Positions 48,104 through 60,369 of a stretch of 64,000 nucleotides of DNA are shown here, in pieces (positions within the stretch are counted from its first letter, which is position 1; every line of letters starts with the position of its first letter). The position numbers were made by a program, and so were the translations under genes. Under the pieces are notes generated by a model. That model was not told where the DNA came from. It searched no databases and was given only the letters and a program-made list of their open reading frames with translations. Source of the stretch: Octopus sinensis (lineage: Eukaryota); NCBI RefSeq assembly GCF_006345805.1, contig NC_043009.1, forward strand, positions 62,186,001 through 62,250,000, read 5' to 3'.

Positions 48104-50472
48104 CACAAGGCAGCATTTTTTTTTTGTCTGGGGCCTGGACGATTTCAACGAATTCCTAAGTGATTTTTGCCTACTAAATTCAAATATAACTTCAGTTTTT
48201 CTCTACCAGGTCTATTTTTCGGACTAGACCTGACAGAGTAAGTATTTTATTAATACAAGAGGCATATAATATGAATCAATAAAGAGAGCGTAACACAAAA
48301 CAAAGTACAAATAAAAATTCAAAATTGAAAATGTACTTCGGCAAAGATTTTTGGAAGAAAATTCAAGGAATAAATTTACGCTTCTTTGTGCACCGTGGAA
48401 TGTTGAGCAACAGGAGTATCTGGTTTTAGACACCAGCAATAGTCTGTAATCACCACAGCGTCCCAACGCTTGATGTCCTTCATGTCCTGATGGAATCGTT
48501 CGCCTTGTTCATCACTAACATCGAGATTTTCAGGAAAACGATCAAGATGACTAAAAAGATAATGCATTTTGATGCTCATATTTGCACCAATATCACGAAA
48601 AGTTAATATCAAGCTGGTAACAAGGTCTTTATAGTTTTCATTTTTGTGCTTCCCAAGGAAATTTTGCACTACTTCTACAAAGGCTAGCCGAGCTGATGCT
48701 TCGTTTTCGCTCATCGTTTTTACGAAATTTGTGTCCTTCAAGAGCTTTCGGATCTGTGGTCCATCAAAAATCACTGCTTTAAGCTTTTCAGTCATCAAGT
48801 CCGGAAATACACTGCAGATATACTTGAAGCACTCGCTATTTTTGTCGAGAGCTCTGTCGAATTGCTTGATCAATCCCAGTCTGATGTGCAAAAGGGTGAA
48901 AATGATCTTATTTCGCTCAACTAAAGGTTCTTCCAATATAATGGCAGCTCTACATGGAGCCATATTTGTCCGAGGCGGCCAGTCTTTCTTAACATAGTGG
49001 TTTACTTGGTCTCTACTGTCCCACATGCAAAGAAAGCATGGGTGTTGGGTATAACCAGATTGCTGTCCCATGAGAAAATTCACCATCTTTAAGTCAACGC
49101 AGATGACCCATTTATGATCATGATACACTATCTTCTCTAAAACCAACTTAATTTCTTCATATTTTTCCTTCAGAATTGTCGAGTGGCCGAGTGGGACAGA
49201 GCCATACACATTGTGCAACAATACACAATTTAAACTGCACTAAGAGCTGTCTATGAAGTGACGCCATTCCTCTGGTTTGTATTCTTCAATGCCAAGTTTA
49301 TTAAGAAGTGCACTGACTTCCCTGCAGTAAACCAGCTCTTCCTCTTTTGTGAAGAAAGAAAAGATCTCTTCATGTTGACTCCGATAAATGGTGATACGGA
49401 CACCATTCTCCAGAAGATTTTTCTCTTTCAGTCGGGAAACCAACAGTTCTGCAGAATTTTTGGGGAGGTTCAAGTCACAAACTAGATCATTTAGCTCTAT
49501 CTGGGAGAATAGCGGAGGTAAAGTCTCTACTGAAAAGTCTTGATCTCTAGTGTCATCTTCAGGTGATGAAACTTCTTTGGTTGAGGGTAAAGTTATCTGA
49601 AGACAGGAACAGGAAGCTCTTCACTGTGTGGAACTGGTCTAATGGCTGAGGCAAGATTAGGACAGAGAATCGTTTGTCGATTTTTCTGGTTAATACCCGT
49701 CAAATTTGAGTTACAAAAATAGTAGTCCTCTACGTGATTATAACGCTCCCGTCATACCATTGGTATAGCAAACCTCATACTTTTCCTTGCTCCTTTAGTC
49801 GATTGTCATAGATGTTCTGTACATTGTTTGCAGGCTCTATGCGGTGCTCAATATTTATCTTGGTCCCCAGCTTGACCCCAAAATATGCCATATTCGCTCT
49901 TTCAATAAAATCAGTGATGTCTTTACGATCTTCAGATAATGTGTATTCTCCACAAACAGAACAAAACACATTTGGAGAATTAACGCAACACTTTCTTGAA
50001 GAAGACCTCTTGTTCGTTTTCTACTGCGTAGTTCACCACAACATCTAAAAAATATGAAAAAAGGAAAAAAAAACTTGGAATTAGAATAAGGTAACGAACA
50101 CTGCATACTGGACGTACAAACATACATAGTGACTACAGCAGTGGTTTTCAACCAGGGTTCCGCCAGTACAGTCCAGGGGTTCCGCAAGAAGTTACAAAAC
50201 TGCTAAAATCGGCAGTAATTTTTAATTTTCCTGTGCAGATATGTGTGCATAAAACTATTAAATTATTGCACAGGGGTTCCCCGAGCCAGTGGAATGTTTC
50301 CTTGGGGTTCCGCTCCAACAAAAAGTTTGAAAAGCACTGGACTACAGGGATGTTTAATAACTTAAAAACTAGATCTAATTGGTCAAAAAGCTGGCGATAT
50401 TTGGATTCAGGAGACGAGTTGGTACAGGAAAGATGTCTACTTCCTAAACGCCAAAAACCTTTGAGACCAGTG
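48104..50472 (-). mobile_element. Chapaev3-type (CMC) DNA transposon, near full length, decayed transposase
   Basis: N-terminal CCVNSPNVFCSVCGEY..YFGVKL..APHRACKQC..DYYFC. ORF 48376-49221: WVICVDLKMV..QQSGYT.HPCFLCMWDSR..LHIRLGL.KQF..IFDGPQIR..DEQGERFHQD. CAC termini (CACAAGGC / CACTGGTC) with similar subterminal blocks. Confidence 0.8.
50139..50339. mobile_element. hAT-type MITE nested in Chapaev
   Basis: TIR CAGTG(G/C)TTTTCAA; 8-bp TSD GACTACAG at 50131-50138 and 50340-50347. Confidence 0.92.
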
Positions 50473-50706
<234 letters not shown>

Positions 50707-51261
50707 ACTGAGAATGCGTGTCTGTCACTCTATCTGTCTGTATGTGTGAACCCCTAAACTCGAGAAGTACCGAACCAATTTCATTCAAATTTTACCCATG
50801 AATTTCTTAGGGCCCATGGGGTGTCATGGACCAAAACAATTTTTCAACTTCTTACCTAATGCGGGCCCGTAGAAATCTTTTAGACTGGTTCGGTTTTATG
50901 TATCAAAAGTGGAAAAATAAGATCTATATATAGATATGATGTAATATTGTTTCACTTTTATTCTTTCACTTTTAATTCTAATGTAATAAGACCAAGATCG
51001 TCATATTTCTATTATATTTGAAATAAATGACTAATTTATATCCTAATGGGAATAACATTACAAATCGACTACTTTCCGTCCTTACAGCCACGACAGCGGA
51101 TTGGTGTGTCTGTATATGTGTGTGTGTTGACTATTTGTTTTGGTATCAGGATTAAGTAATAAACATAAAATTCTGTCAGCTTTTTTTAAAAAATTTGCTT
51201 AATTTCATTGAAACAGTTAATTCTAGAACACTATGTATGGTGTAGCGTTGTTAGTTGTTGC

Positions 51262-51650
51262 GTGGAGGCGCAATGGCCCAGTAGTTAGGGCAGCGGACTC
51301 GCGGTCATAGGATCGCGGTTTCGATTCCCAGACCGGGCGTTGTGAGTGTTTATTGAGCGAAAACACCTAAAAGCTCCACGAGGCTCCGGCAGGAGATGGT
51401 AGTGATCCCTGCTGTGTACTCTTTCACCACAACTTTCTCTCACTCTTACTTCCTGTTTCTGTTGTACCTGTATTTCAAGGGGCTGGCCTTGGTCACTCTC
51501 CGTGTCACGCGAATATCCCCGAGAACTACGTTATGGTACACAGTGTCTGTGGAGTGCTCAGCCACTTACACGTTATTTCACGAGCAGGCTGTTCCGTTGT
51601 TCGGATCAACCGGAACCCTCATCGTCGTAACCGACGGAGTGCTTCCATAC
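51262..51650 (+). mobile_element. SINE family S3
   Basis: GGAGGCGCAATGGCCCAG..GGACTCGCGGTC..CGTCGTAACCGACGGAGTGC. Confidence 0.88.
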
Positions 51651-51915
51651 ATGTTAGTTGTTGCGTTGCTCAAGTAAATATTAAAATCAGAGGTCTTTTC
51701 GCTGTAAACATCCAATCTTTCTGTTAAGCATATTGTATCAAAGAGTATATTTTCCAAAATGCATTTCTCCTTTATAGGCGTGGCTGTGTGGTTGAGAAGC
51801 TTTCCAACCATATCGCTTTGGGTTCAGTCCCACCTGTGCGGCACGTTGGGCAGCTCTCTTTCATTACAGCTCCGTGCCGACCAAAGCCTTATGTATTATA
51901 TAATTCTTTCTACTA

Positions 51916-52712
51916 CAGGCACAAGGCCTGGATTTTTTGTGGGGAGGGGGACAGTCGATCATATCGATCCCAGCAAACAACTGGTACTTATTTAATCGAC
52001 CCTGAAAGGATGAAAGGCAAAGTCGACCTCAGCAGAATTTGAACTCGGAACGTAGCGGCAGATGAAATACCTATTTCTTTACTACCCACAAGGGGCTACA
52101 CACAGAGGGGGCAAAAAAGGACAGACAAACGGATTAAGTCGATTATATCGACCCCAGTGCGTAACTGGTTGGCAGAAACGTTAGCCCGCCGGGCGAAATG
52201 CTTAGCGGTATTTCGTCTACCGCTACGTTCTGAGTTCAAATTCCGCCGAGGTCGACTTTGCCTTTCATCCTTTCGGGGTCGATAAATTAAGCACCAGCTA
52301 CGCACTGGGGTCGATGTAATCGACTTAATCCGTTCGTCTGTCCTTGTTTGTCCACTCTGTGTTTAGCCCCTTGTGGTTAGTAAAGAAATAGGTACTTAAT
52401 TTATCGACCCCGAAAGGATGAAAGGCAAAGTGGACCTCGGCGGAATTTGAACTCAGAACGTAACGGCAGACGAAATACCTATTTCTTTACAACCCACAAA
52501 GGACTACACACAAAGGGGACAAACAAGGGCAGACAAACGGATTAAGTCGATTATATCGACCCCAGTGCGTAACTGGTACTTAATTTATCGACCCCGAAAG
52601 GATGAAAGGCAAAGTGGTCTCGGCGGAGTCTGAACTCAGAAAGTAGCGGCAGACGAAATACGGCTACGCATTTCGCCCGTCGTGCCTAACGACTCTGCCA
52701 GCTCGCCGCCTT
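51916..52712. repeat. Cluster of SINE S1 units in alternating orientation
   Basis: Minus 51916-52168, plus ~52168-52392, minus dimer 52393-52712. Confidence 0.85.
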
Positions 52713-53329
52713 TGTGTGCTATATAATTACTGAAGCGATATAAAATAACATATACAACTTACTTATTATTGTCATGTGATAAACAAACAGGAGTTCGTGC
52801 CTGAAATTGACCTTTTTTCTACTTCAATTAATACATGTTTTTCTCTTATAAAACACACACATAGAGGAGGAGTAAATTATATATATAATAATACTTTGAA
52901 TGTGGCTTCCGAGAAAGAGTAAAATTAATTACCCGATTAATGACGAGTATTACTTCTAGTAAACCATGAAATAAATTTTTATTTTTCAAAATGAAATAAA
53001 ACTAACGGTAAGATGGAAAATAGTGTTTTTAGTTTTGTGTACTTCTACTCTGAGTTCGGAGTGGAAGTTGACAAGTTTTCTTCCACTATTTTTAATTGCA
53101 AAGTCTTCGATCAGATCCTCATCATTAACTTTAAGTAATAGATGTGCTTCTATATTTACTACAGAGATAAGACTTCTCGAATGTTAGTTTAGCAGGTTTA
53201 AAGTGATTTCTTTTTTACCGTAAACCATTTACTGTCTCTGTGGTGTGACATCCACCCTCCACCACCACCACTTCCCTGATGCCCTCAACAGGTGCTTATT
53301 TTGCTTAATAGTTATTCCAGGTCTGGGTG

Positions 53330-53720
53330 GAAGTGACGGCGGTGGCAGTGGCGGCGACGGTGGCAGAGACTGCTGTGGCGACAGTGGCAGCGGCGGCAGC
53401 GGCAACGGTAGCGGCAGCGGCAGTGGCGCAGCGGTGGTGCAGCGGGGGCGCAGCGATGGTGCAGCAGGGGCGAAGCGGTGGTGCAGCGGGAGCACAGCGG
53501 TGGTGCAGCGGGGGCACAGCGGTGGTGCAGCGGGGTTACAGCGGTGGTGCAGCGGGGGCACAGCGGTGGTGCAGCGGGGGCACAGCGGTGGTGCAGCGGG
53601 GGCACAGCGGGGGCACAGCGGTGGGGCAGCGGTGACGCAGCGGTGGCGCAGCGGTGGCGGCAGCGAGGGCGCAGCGGTGGTGGTGGTGCTGGTGCTGGTG
53701 TCGGTACGTTGCAGTGCTTC
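53330..53720. repeat. GC-rich 22-bp minisatellite (GCAGCGGGGGCACAGCGGTGGT)
   Basis: About ten imperfect units at 53430-53680 with (GGT/GGC)n flanks. Confidence 0.85.
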
Positions 53721-53883
53721 GATGAGTGCGGAACCACCTCTTAGCCACTAATGTTCCTCGCTTCTACCCTGAACAGTGGCTCTTGTCAGGGTGCCAACTG
53801 CGGGTTGATTAGCATAGCAAATAGCAACACTGGCTTAGACCACCACGTCAACCATGACCACTCCCCCTTTCTGCTTTAACCCA

Positions 53884-54093
53884 GGCGCAGGCATAGCTGT
53901 GTGGTAAAACGTTTACTGCCCAACCACACAGTTCTGGGTTCAGTCCCACTGAAGATAGCCTCGGACCGACCAAAGCCTTATGAGGGGATTTGGTAGACGG
54001 AAGCGGGAAAAAGCCCAGTTGTGTGTCTGTGTGTGTGTGTATGTATGTGTGTGCGTGTCTGCCAGCGTGCGAATGTGCTTTGCATGTATGTGC

Positions 54094-54154
<61 letters not shown>

Positions 54155-54310
54155 CGTGCATGTGTGTGCGTGCCTGTGCGTGTGTGTGTGTGTGTGTGTC
54201 ATTGTGTCTGTTTTTGTCCGTCACCACCGCTTTACAACTGGTATTGGTGTGTTTATGTCCCCGTAACCTAGCGGTTCGGCAAAAGAAACCGATAAAATAA
54301 GTACCAAGTT
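53884..54310 (+). mobile_element. SINE family S2
   Basis: GGCGCAGGCATAGCTGTGTGG...CCGATAAAATAAGTAC. Confidence 0.8.
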
Positions 54311-54373
54311 TTACCAAAAAAAAAAAATGTAATTAATTCAAGGTGGTTAACGTAACATGTATGTATGTTTCAG

Positions 54374-54448
54374 GTGAAATATGAAGTTGCAAGACGCAAA
54401 CGAAACTTTCAGAACAATAAAAATAAGAAAAACGTGGAAATTTTACCG
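54374..54448 (+). CDS. Candidate 75-bp internal coding exon (VKYEVARRKRNFQNNKNKKNVEILP)
   Basis: TGTTTCAG| acceptor and CCG|GTGAGT donor; phase 0-0, the only stop-free phase. No partner exons identified. Confidence 0.25.
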
Positions 54449-55124
54449 GTGAGTGTGTTACATATTAAGGCACAAAAAGAAAATGACTCTCCCCAGACAC
54501 AAAAGAATATGAAGTTTGAGGTTTTCCTGTGAGATGTGAGGTATTTGGATGAAATCTGTGATCGGAGATGCAGAGTGTTTGGTGTGAAGTGCGTCAAATT
54601 TGGGATAAGCTGTTAAATATTTTTGATGTTAGATCTGAGATATCCGCGGTAAGATGACATGGCATCAGTTGGGAAGTAAGAGATGCGTCATGTTCTCTTC
54701 CTTTTCAATCCTTGTTTGTGTAGTGGTAGGGATAGGCTTGGGAGGCACCAGTTTTCTGTGCAACACAACTCAAAAAATCAACGGCAAACGATAGAGTTTT
54801 ATGAAAACATTATTAATCAAGGTTTGGTGGAAATAGTTTGAGATTATAATTGGGGTAACCTGGAAAGTTTAAACATGATAATTCAACCCTTAAGTTACTT
54901 AGTTAAGGAAGGCAGAGAGATAAAAGGGAAGGGCGGAAGGGATATGAACGAATTCTTATCGTTATTTAACAATTATTTGAAGTCCGAAGCCCACAGACAC
55001 AAATCATTAGACTGATGAACATCCGGCATTTGTTTTGATATGTAATGGTGGAAATCAGTCATTAGACCGTTTAGAGACAACTAGTATAATTAGCAACATT
55101 AATTAATCAATTACACATACATAG

Positions 55125-55485
55125 CCGCAGGAGTGGCTGCGTGGTAAGAAGATTGTTTCCCAACCACATGTTTCTGGGTTCAGTCCCACTGAGTGGCACC
55201 TTGGGCAAGTGTCTTTTTCTATAGCATCGGGATGACAAAAGCCTTGTGAGTGGATTTGAAACTGAATGAAGCCCGTCATATGTGTGTGTGTGTGTGTGTG
55301 ACTATCATTTGACAACTGATGCTGGTGTGTTTACGTCCCTGTAACTTAGCGGCTCGGTAAAAGAGATCGAAAGAACAGCTACTAGGCTTGCAAAGAATAA
55401 GTCCTAGGGTCGATTTGTTCGACTAAAGGCGGTGCTCCAGTTTGGCCGCAGTCAAATGACTGAAACAAATAAAAGAATAAAAGAA
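55125..55485 (+). mobile_element. SINE family S2
   Basis: GCAGGAGTGGCTGCGTGG...GACTGAAACAAATAAAAG. Confidence 0.85.
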
Positions 55486-55699
55486 TATATGCACCCATTC
55501 ACAGATTCATAAATACACCGTACACTCACGTAGAAAGATGTATGCTAAACATACATACATACATACATACATACATACATACATACATACATACATACAT
55601 ACATACATACATACATACATACATACATACATGCAGACAGACGGACGGACATATCATACACATCATAAGCAGTTGTATGAAAATATTTTCACTGTGTTA

Positions 55700-56153
55700 T
55701 CTACCGATGCGTCAGAAGGATAACCTCGAGGACAAATAAATAACCCAGAGTATGGTAGAAGCCATAGCCACTCATAATAAAGGGAGTACTGGTGGAATGT
55801 CTCAGTGAAGACCTCAATAAAATGTAAACACAATAGACCTGATTTGGGACAGAGAAGAGAAACTGTATAGTTGTGGAAATCAGCTGCCCAGCTGATGTTA
55901 ACATAAAGCTGAAAAAGAGAATATCTACGCTGAACTATTGAGAAATTTACTGTTTATCTATCCAGATTATAAGTTCAGGTTTATACCTGTAATTATTAAG
56001 GAACTGGGATATGAAACACATTACCTAAATACCAATCTTGAGAAATTAGGCTTCTCAAAACCAGAAAGGAGAAAGCTAATTCGAAGACTACAGATCCAGT
56101 CCATCACTGGAACTGTAAAAATCTGTAAAACTTTCCAGAAGTTTACCATTTAA
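55700..56153 (+). pseudogene. RLE-clade LINE endonuclease fragment
   Basis: YWWNVSVKTSIKCKHNRPD..VEISCPADVNI..FIPVII..LQIQSITGTVKICKTF; same type as 19911-20258. Confidence 0.75.
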
Positions 56154-56519
56154 GTACATATGAGTATGGCTAGATATGCAACTATATGCATGAGAATACA
56201 TACATAAAACAAAACATACAAGTGTGAACATATGCAGACATACAAAAATGCCCTTGTTGATGTTGAAATTCCAATAAAGGAGCCAAGGGTCTACGTTAGA
56301 AACCGGCTCTTTCTCTGTTGGCAATAAAACTGCATAATGATATACATACGTGCAAACATACATACATACATACATACATACAAACAAACAGACAGACAGA
56401 CATGCATAAATACGTGCGTGCATATATGCATACATACAGACATGCGCAGATACGTGCGTACAAACATGCACATATAATGCATACGAATACGTTCGTACAT
56501 TCATACATTCATGCACCCT

Positions 56520-56851
56520 GTCACCTAGCTTTCCTCACTCGTGATTTTCTCGCCAAAAACATGGTATCGCTTCAGCACCCACCCTGTTCGCCAGGTTTAG
56601 CACCTGTGAACGTCCATTTCTTCACCCAGATGAAAATGCAGCTCAAAGGTCGCCGTTTTAACACCGCCATCGAGATCAAGAGCGAATGGCAAAAGGTTCT
56701 TTGCTCACTTACGGAAAACGACTTCCAAACTGGATCCAAAAGTGACAGCAACGCTGGAACCGGTGTATAGTAACGCAAGGCGACTATTTCGAAAAAGATA
56801 ATATCAAAACTAAGTAAATAAGTTCCGGGAACTTTTTGACACCACCTCGTA
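56520..56851 (+). mobile_element. Mariner 3' fragment with TIR
   Basis: HPPCSPGLAP..LKGRRF; right end GGAACTTTTTGACACCACCTCG-TA. Confidence 0.85.
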
Positions 56852-56948
56852 CGTACCTACATACAGATATACTTGCATAGGTGCATACATAAGTACGTAC
56901 GAACATTCATACATAGGAATATTCATACATATATGCATAGATACGAAC

Positions 56949-56985
<37 letters not shown>

Positions 56986-57240
56986 AATGGATGAATGAAT
57001 TATCCTTTGTTTACCGTTAACATGGAAAATTCAATAAACAGTTACCAGGGTAGCAAAATTCACGCAAGTAACAAGGATGTAGCGACCTATTCAAAGGTAG
57101 AAACCCCGGGTTAATGTGCAGTAATTTGTGTAGTATAAGTAAATAAATAGAGTTGGAATAAAACCAATGTTGTCTTCGAAACATATGTCGAAAGTAAAAG
57201 AATTTGAATAGCCTCTGCGTTCGACTCCATTTATTTACTT

Positions 57241-57291
<51 letters not shown>

Positions 57292-58012
57292 ATATATATT
57301 ATATATATATACATAGATTTATACACATACATGCATAAGCAAACACCTACGCACACCCCCTCATTATCTAACTTATGGTGGTAATAAATTCGAACAGAGT
57401 CTCCAGGTTTATTCGGCCTATTTCTGATGAACATGTCCATCCCGCTTTATTTTACCGAATATAGAAAAGTATTTACCTGTGTCTTAGACTTCAGAACATT
57501 TGTTTCTTGGACCGCAACAGCGCTGGATTAACCATTACACAAAAAAAGTATATGCTTAGGGCACAAAGGGAAGTGGGGGTCCCACAGAAATGGTAAATGG
57601 TTTACGGCACAAAAGAAATCACTTTGAACTTACAAAAATAAAAGTCTTAAATGTCTTATCTCTGTATTAAGTATAGAAGTAGATGTGTTACATAAGATTC
57701 ATTTTAAACATCTGATCAAAGACTTTGCAATTTAAAAAAAGTAGAAAAATACAAAATTAAACATCATTTTCGATCTCACTGTTAATTTGTTTCCTTTTGA
57801 AAAATGAAAATGTATTTTATGTTTTATTATTGTTCATATTTTGAATTTCACACATACAGAGGCAATACAAATCTGTTAAATACTCTGAGCTTCCATACGT
57901 CTTAATCCGGCATCAGACCCTTTGCTGCAGGAATATGCAGCAAAAGTCGAAACCGGAAATATTTGATCCCAGAAAAGGAACAAAGTTGATATAATTACTA
58001 ATTTATTTGATC

Positions 58013-58435
58013 AGGCGCAGGAGTGGCTGTGTGGTAAGTAGCTTGCTAACCAACCACATGGTTCCGTGTTCAGTCCCACTGCGTGGCATCTTGGGCAAGT
58101 GTCTTCTGCTATAGCCCCGGACCGACCAATGCCTTGTGAGTGGATTTGGTAGACGGAAATTGAAAGAAGCCTGTCGTATATATGTATATATATATATGTG
58201 TATGTGTGTGTGTGTGTGTGTTTGTGTGTCTGTGTTTGTCCCCCTAGCATTGCTTGACAACCGATGCTGGTGTGTTTACGTCCCCGTCACTTAGCGGTTC
58301 GGCAAAAGAGTCCGATAGAATAAGTACTGGGCTTACAAAGAATAAGTCCCGGGGTCGATTTGCTCGACTAAAGACGGTGCTCCAGCATGGCCGCAGTCAA
58401 ATGACTGAAACAAGTAAAAGAGTAAAAGAGAGAGA
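58013..58435 (+). mobile_element. SINE family S2, full length
   Basis: Canonical head and AAAAGAGT tail. Confidence 0.9.
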
Positions 58436-58627
58436 GAGTTGAGAGAATATGTTTTGGAGTGTCATAAAAGCTGTTAAGAATTACAACAGATATTAAAGGT
58501 CAAATCTAGCGTTAAAGATCGCAATAGCAATTTCCAACTCGGTTGTTGAATAATGTAATCGTGACAACGAAACGAATCTCAGATAGGAAGCGTCGATACA
58601 CCCTGTCCTTATTAGTGAGAGTGTTTA

Positions 58628-58745
58628 TACGAGGGTGGGTTGAAAAGTTCATAAGGGTGATTCTAGAATCGTGAAACCTTGCGTGCATTAATTTCAACCC
58701 GTTCGTTATGTCCAGCGGTGTGTGCACAGATAAACGGACGAACGG
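58628..58745 (+). mobile_element. Mariner-like 5' terminus fragment
   Basis: TA-CGAGGGTGGGTTGAAAAGTTC, similar to mariner TIRs. Confidence 0.5.
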
Positions 58746-58784
58746 ATAGACAAGTAGATAGATAGGTATATATATATATATATA

Positions 58785-59149
58785 GTGACGTATATTTGCC
58801 ATTTCAATATGGCTAACCCCTAAGGGTGGATGCTACTATAGTTTTTAGCCCCAGGAGGACACACTCCTCCAGCTGGCCATAGACACACTTTCTGTGTCCT
58901 GTCAGTATTTGCAAAGGGAAGTCATCCTTCCCGTCTTCAACTTATGATACACACGGACTCGAGTTTCGAGGTATTGACCTCTCGTCAGCGTGTGACAATC
59001 ATAGTTGTCGGCGAGAATTAGATTTCCTTCACAAATACTTATACTTTTTCCAGCGTCCACTGTCGCTGATATTGAAAAAGTGAAATCAAACAATGATAAA
59101 TATCAAAGTGAGTTATATACAGTAGCGGTAACACATCGTGACGTATATA
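58785..59149. mobile_element. Family C retrozyme-like unit, 354-bp period, with terminal redundancy
   Basis: GTGACGTATAT at 58785 and 59139. ACAGTAGCGGTAACACATCGTGACG at 59119 is the sequence that precedes the same motif at 43991. Contains one hammerhead. Confidence 0.7.
58950..58994 (-). ncRNA. Canonical minimal type-I hammerhead ribozyme
   Basis: CACACG-CTGACGA-GAGG-TCAATA-CCTC-GAAAC-TCGA-GTC-CGTGTG: all core nucleotides, 6-bp stem I, 4-bp stem II, palindromic ACTCGAGT stem III; predicted GUC cut between 58956 and 58955. Confidence 0.88.
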
Positions 59150-59227
59150 TTTGATAAAGACTAATACCTGTGCCAAGTTTCGTTGCTCTACTGCTATGGG
59201 AAGTGGGTCAGGGGCATTACTTATTGA

Positions 59228-59237
59228 ACGCCCCTCG

Positions 59238-59290
<53 letters not shown>

Positions 59291-59336
59291 TCATAGATTC
59301 ATAGATAGACAGATAGATTCATAGATAGATAGATAG

Positions 59337-59369
<33 letters not shown>

Positions 59370-59404
59370 CATACATACATACATACATACATGCATACAT
59401 ACAT

Positions 59405-59482
<78 letters not shown>

Positions 59483-59622
59483 TCATAGATTCATAGATAG
59501 ACAGATAGATTCATAGATAGATAGATAGACATACATACATACATACATATATACATACATACATACATACATACATACATACATACAGACAGACAGGCAG
59601 ACAGACAGACAGACAGACAGAC

Positions 59623-59686
<64 letters not shown>

Positions 59687-59712
59687 TCATAGATAGACAG
59701 ATAGATTCATAG
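59228..59712. repeat. Compound (TAGA)/(TACA)/(CAGA)n microsatellite with higher-order duplication
   Basis: The block order is repeated twice. Confidence 0.9.
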
Positions 59713-59714
59713 AT

Positions 59715-60236
59715 ACGCACAACATCGTTTTTCGCGGATAAAGATCTGGTTTCACGCTCAGTGTCGCTTGTTTACCGGGTCTAAGCCATTCCTTAGGCTG
59801 CCTCATATTGATGTACAGGCACCATAATTCGTCGCCAGTAACGATTCGGTAAAGAAATCGTTGCTTGTGTCCACGAGTTGAACTGTGATGGGCAAGGAAA
59901 CGCATTCAAACGCATGGCTGGGAAATGCTGCCACACCCGCCGTACTCTCCTGTTTTGTCACCAACGGATTTCCACCTCTTTCGATCGCTTTCAAACCCTA
60001 TGCGCGGAGTTTCGTTCAATACTGATGCAGAGTTGAGAGCTTGGTTGGATTAATTTTTCGAGTCGAAATCGGGTGATTTCTACCAACGAGATATTGAAAA
60101 GCTTGTTGAACGTTGGGAAGAAGTTGTAAACAACAAGGGTGAATACATTATTGATTAATTAGTTGTTATTTTTTATTAAACCTTTTAAGAAATTAAAATT
60201 TTATAAAACGGCGGGAACTTAGTTGCCAACCCAATA
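59715..60236. mobile_element. Rearranged mariner: inverted N-catalytic piece (minus) joined to C-terminal piece and TIR (plus)
   Basis: Minus RIVTGDELWCLYIN..KTMLC. Plus GWEMLPHPPYSPVLSPTDFHLFRSL..KLVERWEEVVNNKGEY; TIR ..TAGTTGCCAACCCAA-TA. Confidence 0.85.
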
Positions 60237-60369
60237 TATGTATATGCACGAATGTGTGTGTATGTGTGTATATGGGTGTATATGCATATGAGTGCATGCT
60301 TGTATGTATGTATGTATGTATGTATGTATGTATGTATGTATGTATTTGTGTGTATATATGTATATATAT

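Noticed and set aside
50745-51250. Possible non-autonomous Helitron-like repeat
   Set aside because: Only a vague resemblance; no 5' TC or 3' hairpin-CTRR terminus was identified.
53229-53751. Gly/Ala- or Pro/Cys/His-rich structural protein ORFs
   Set aside because: The 22-bp period cycles through frames, both strands are open, and there are no splice or start signals.
55007-55068. CTGATGA...GGAAATCAGTC hammerhead candidate
   Set aside because: No stem I or stem II complementarity.
57170-57200. CTTC-GAAAC-ATAT-GTC half hammerhead (similarly GAAAC-TCGA-GTC on the minus strand at ~62983-62995)
   Set aside because: The palindromic stem III and GUC are present, but no upstream CUGANGA or stem I was found.
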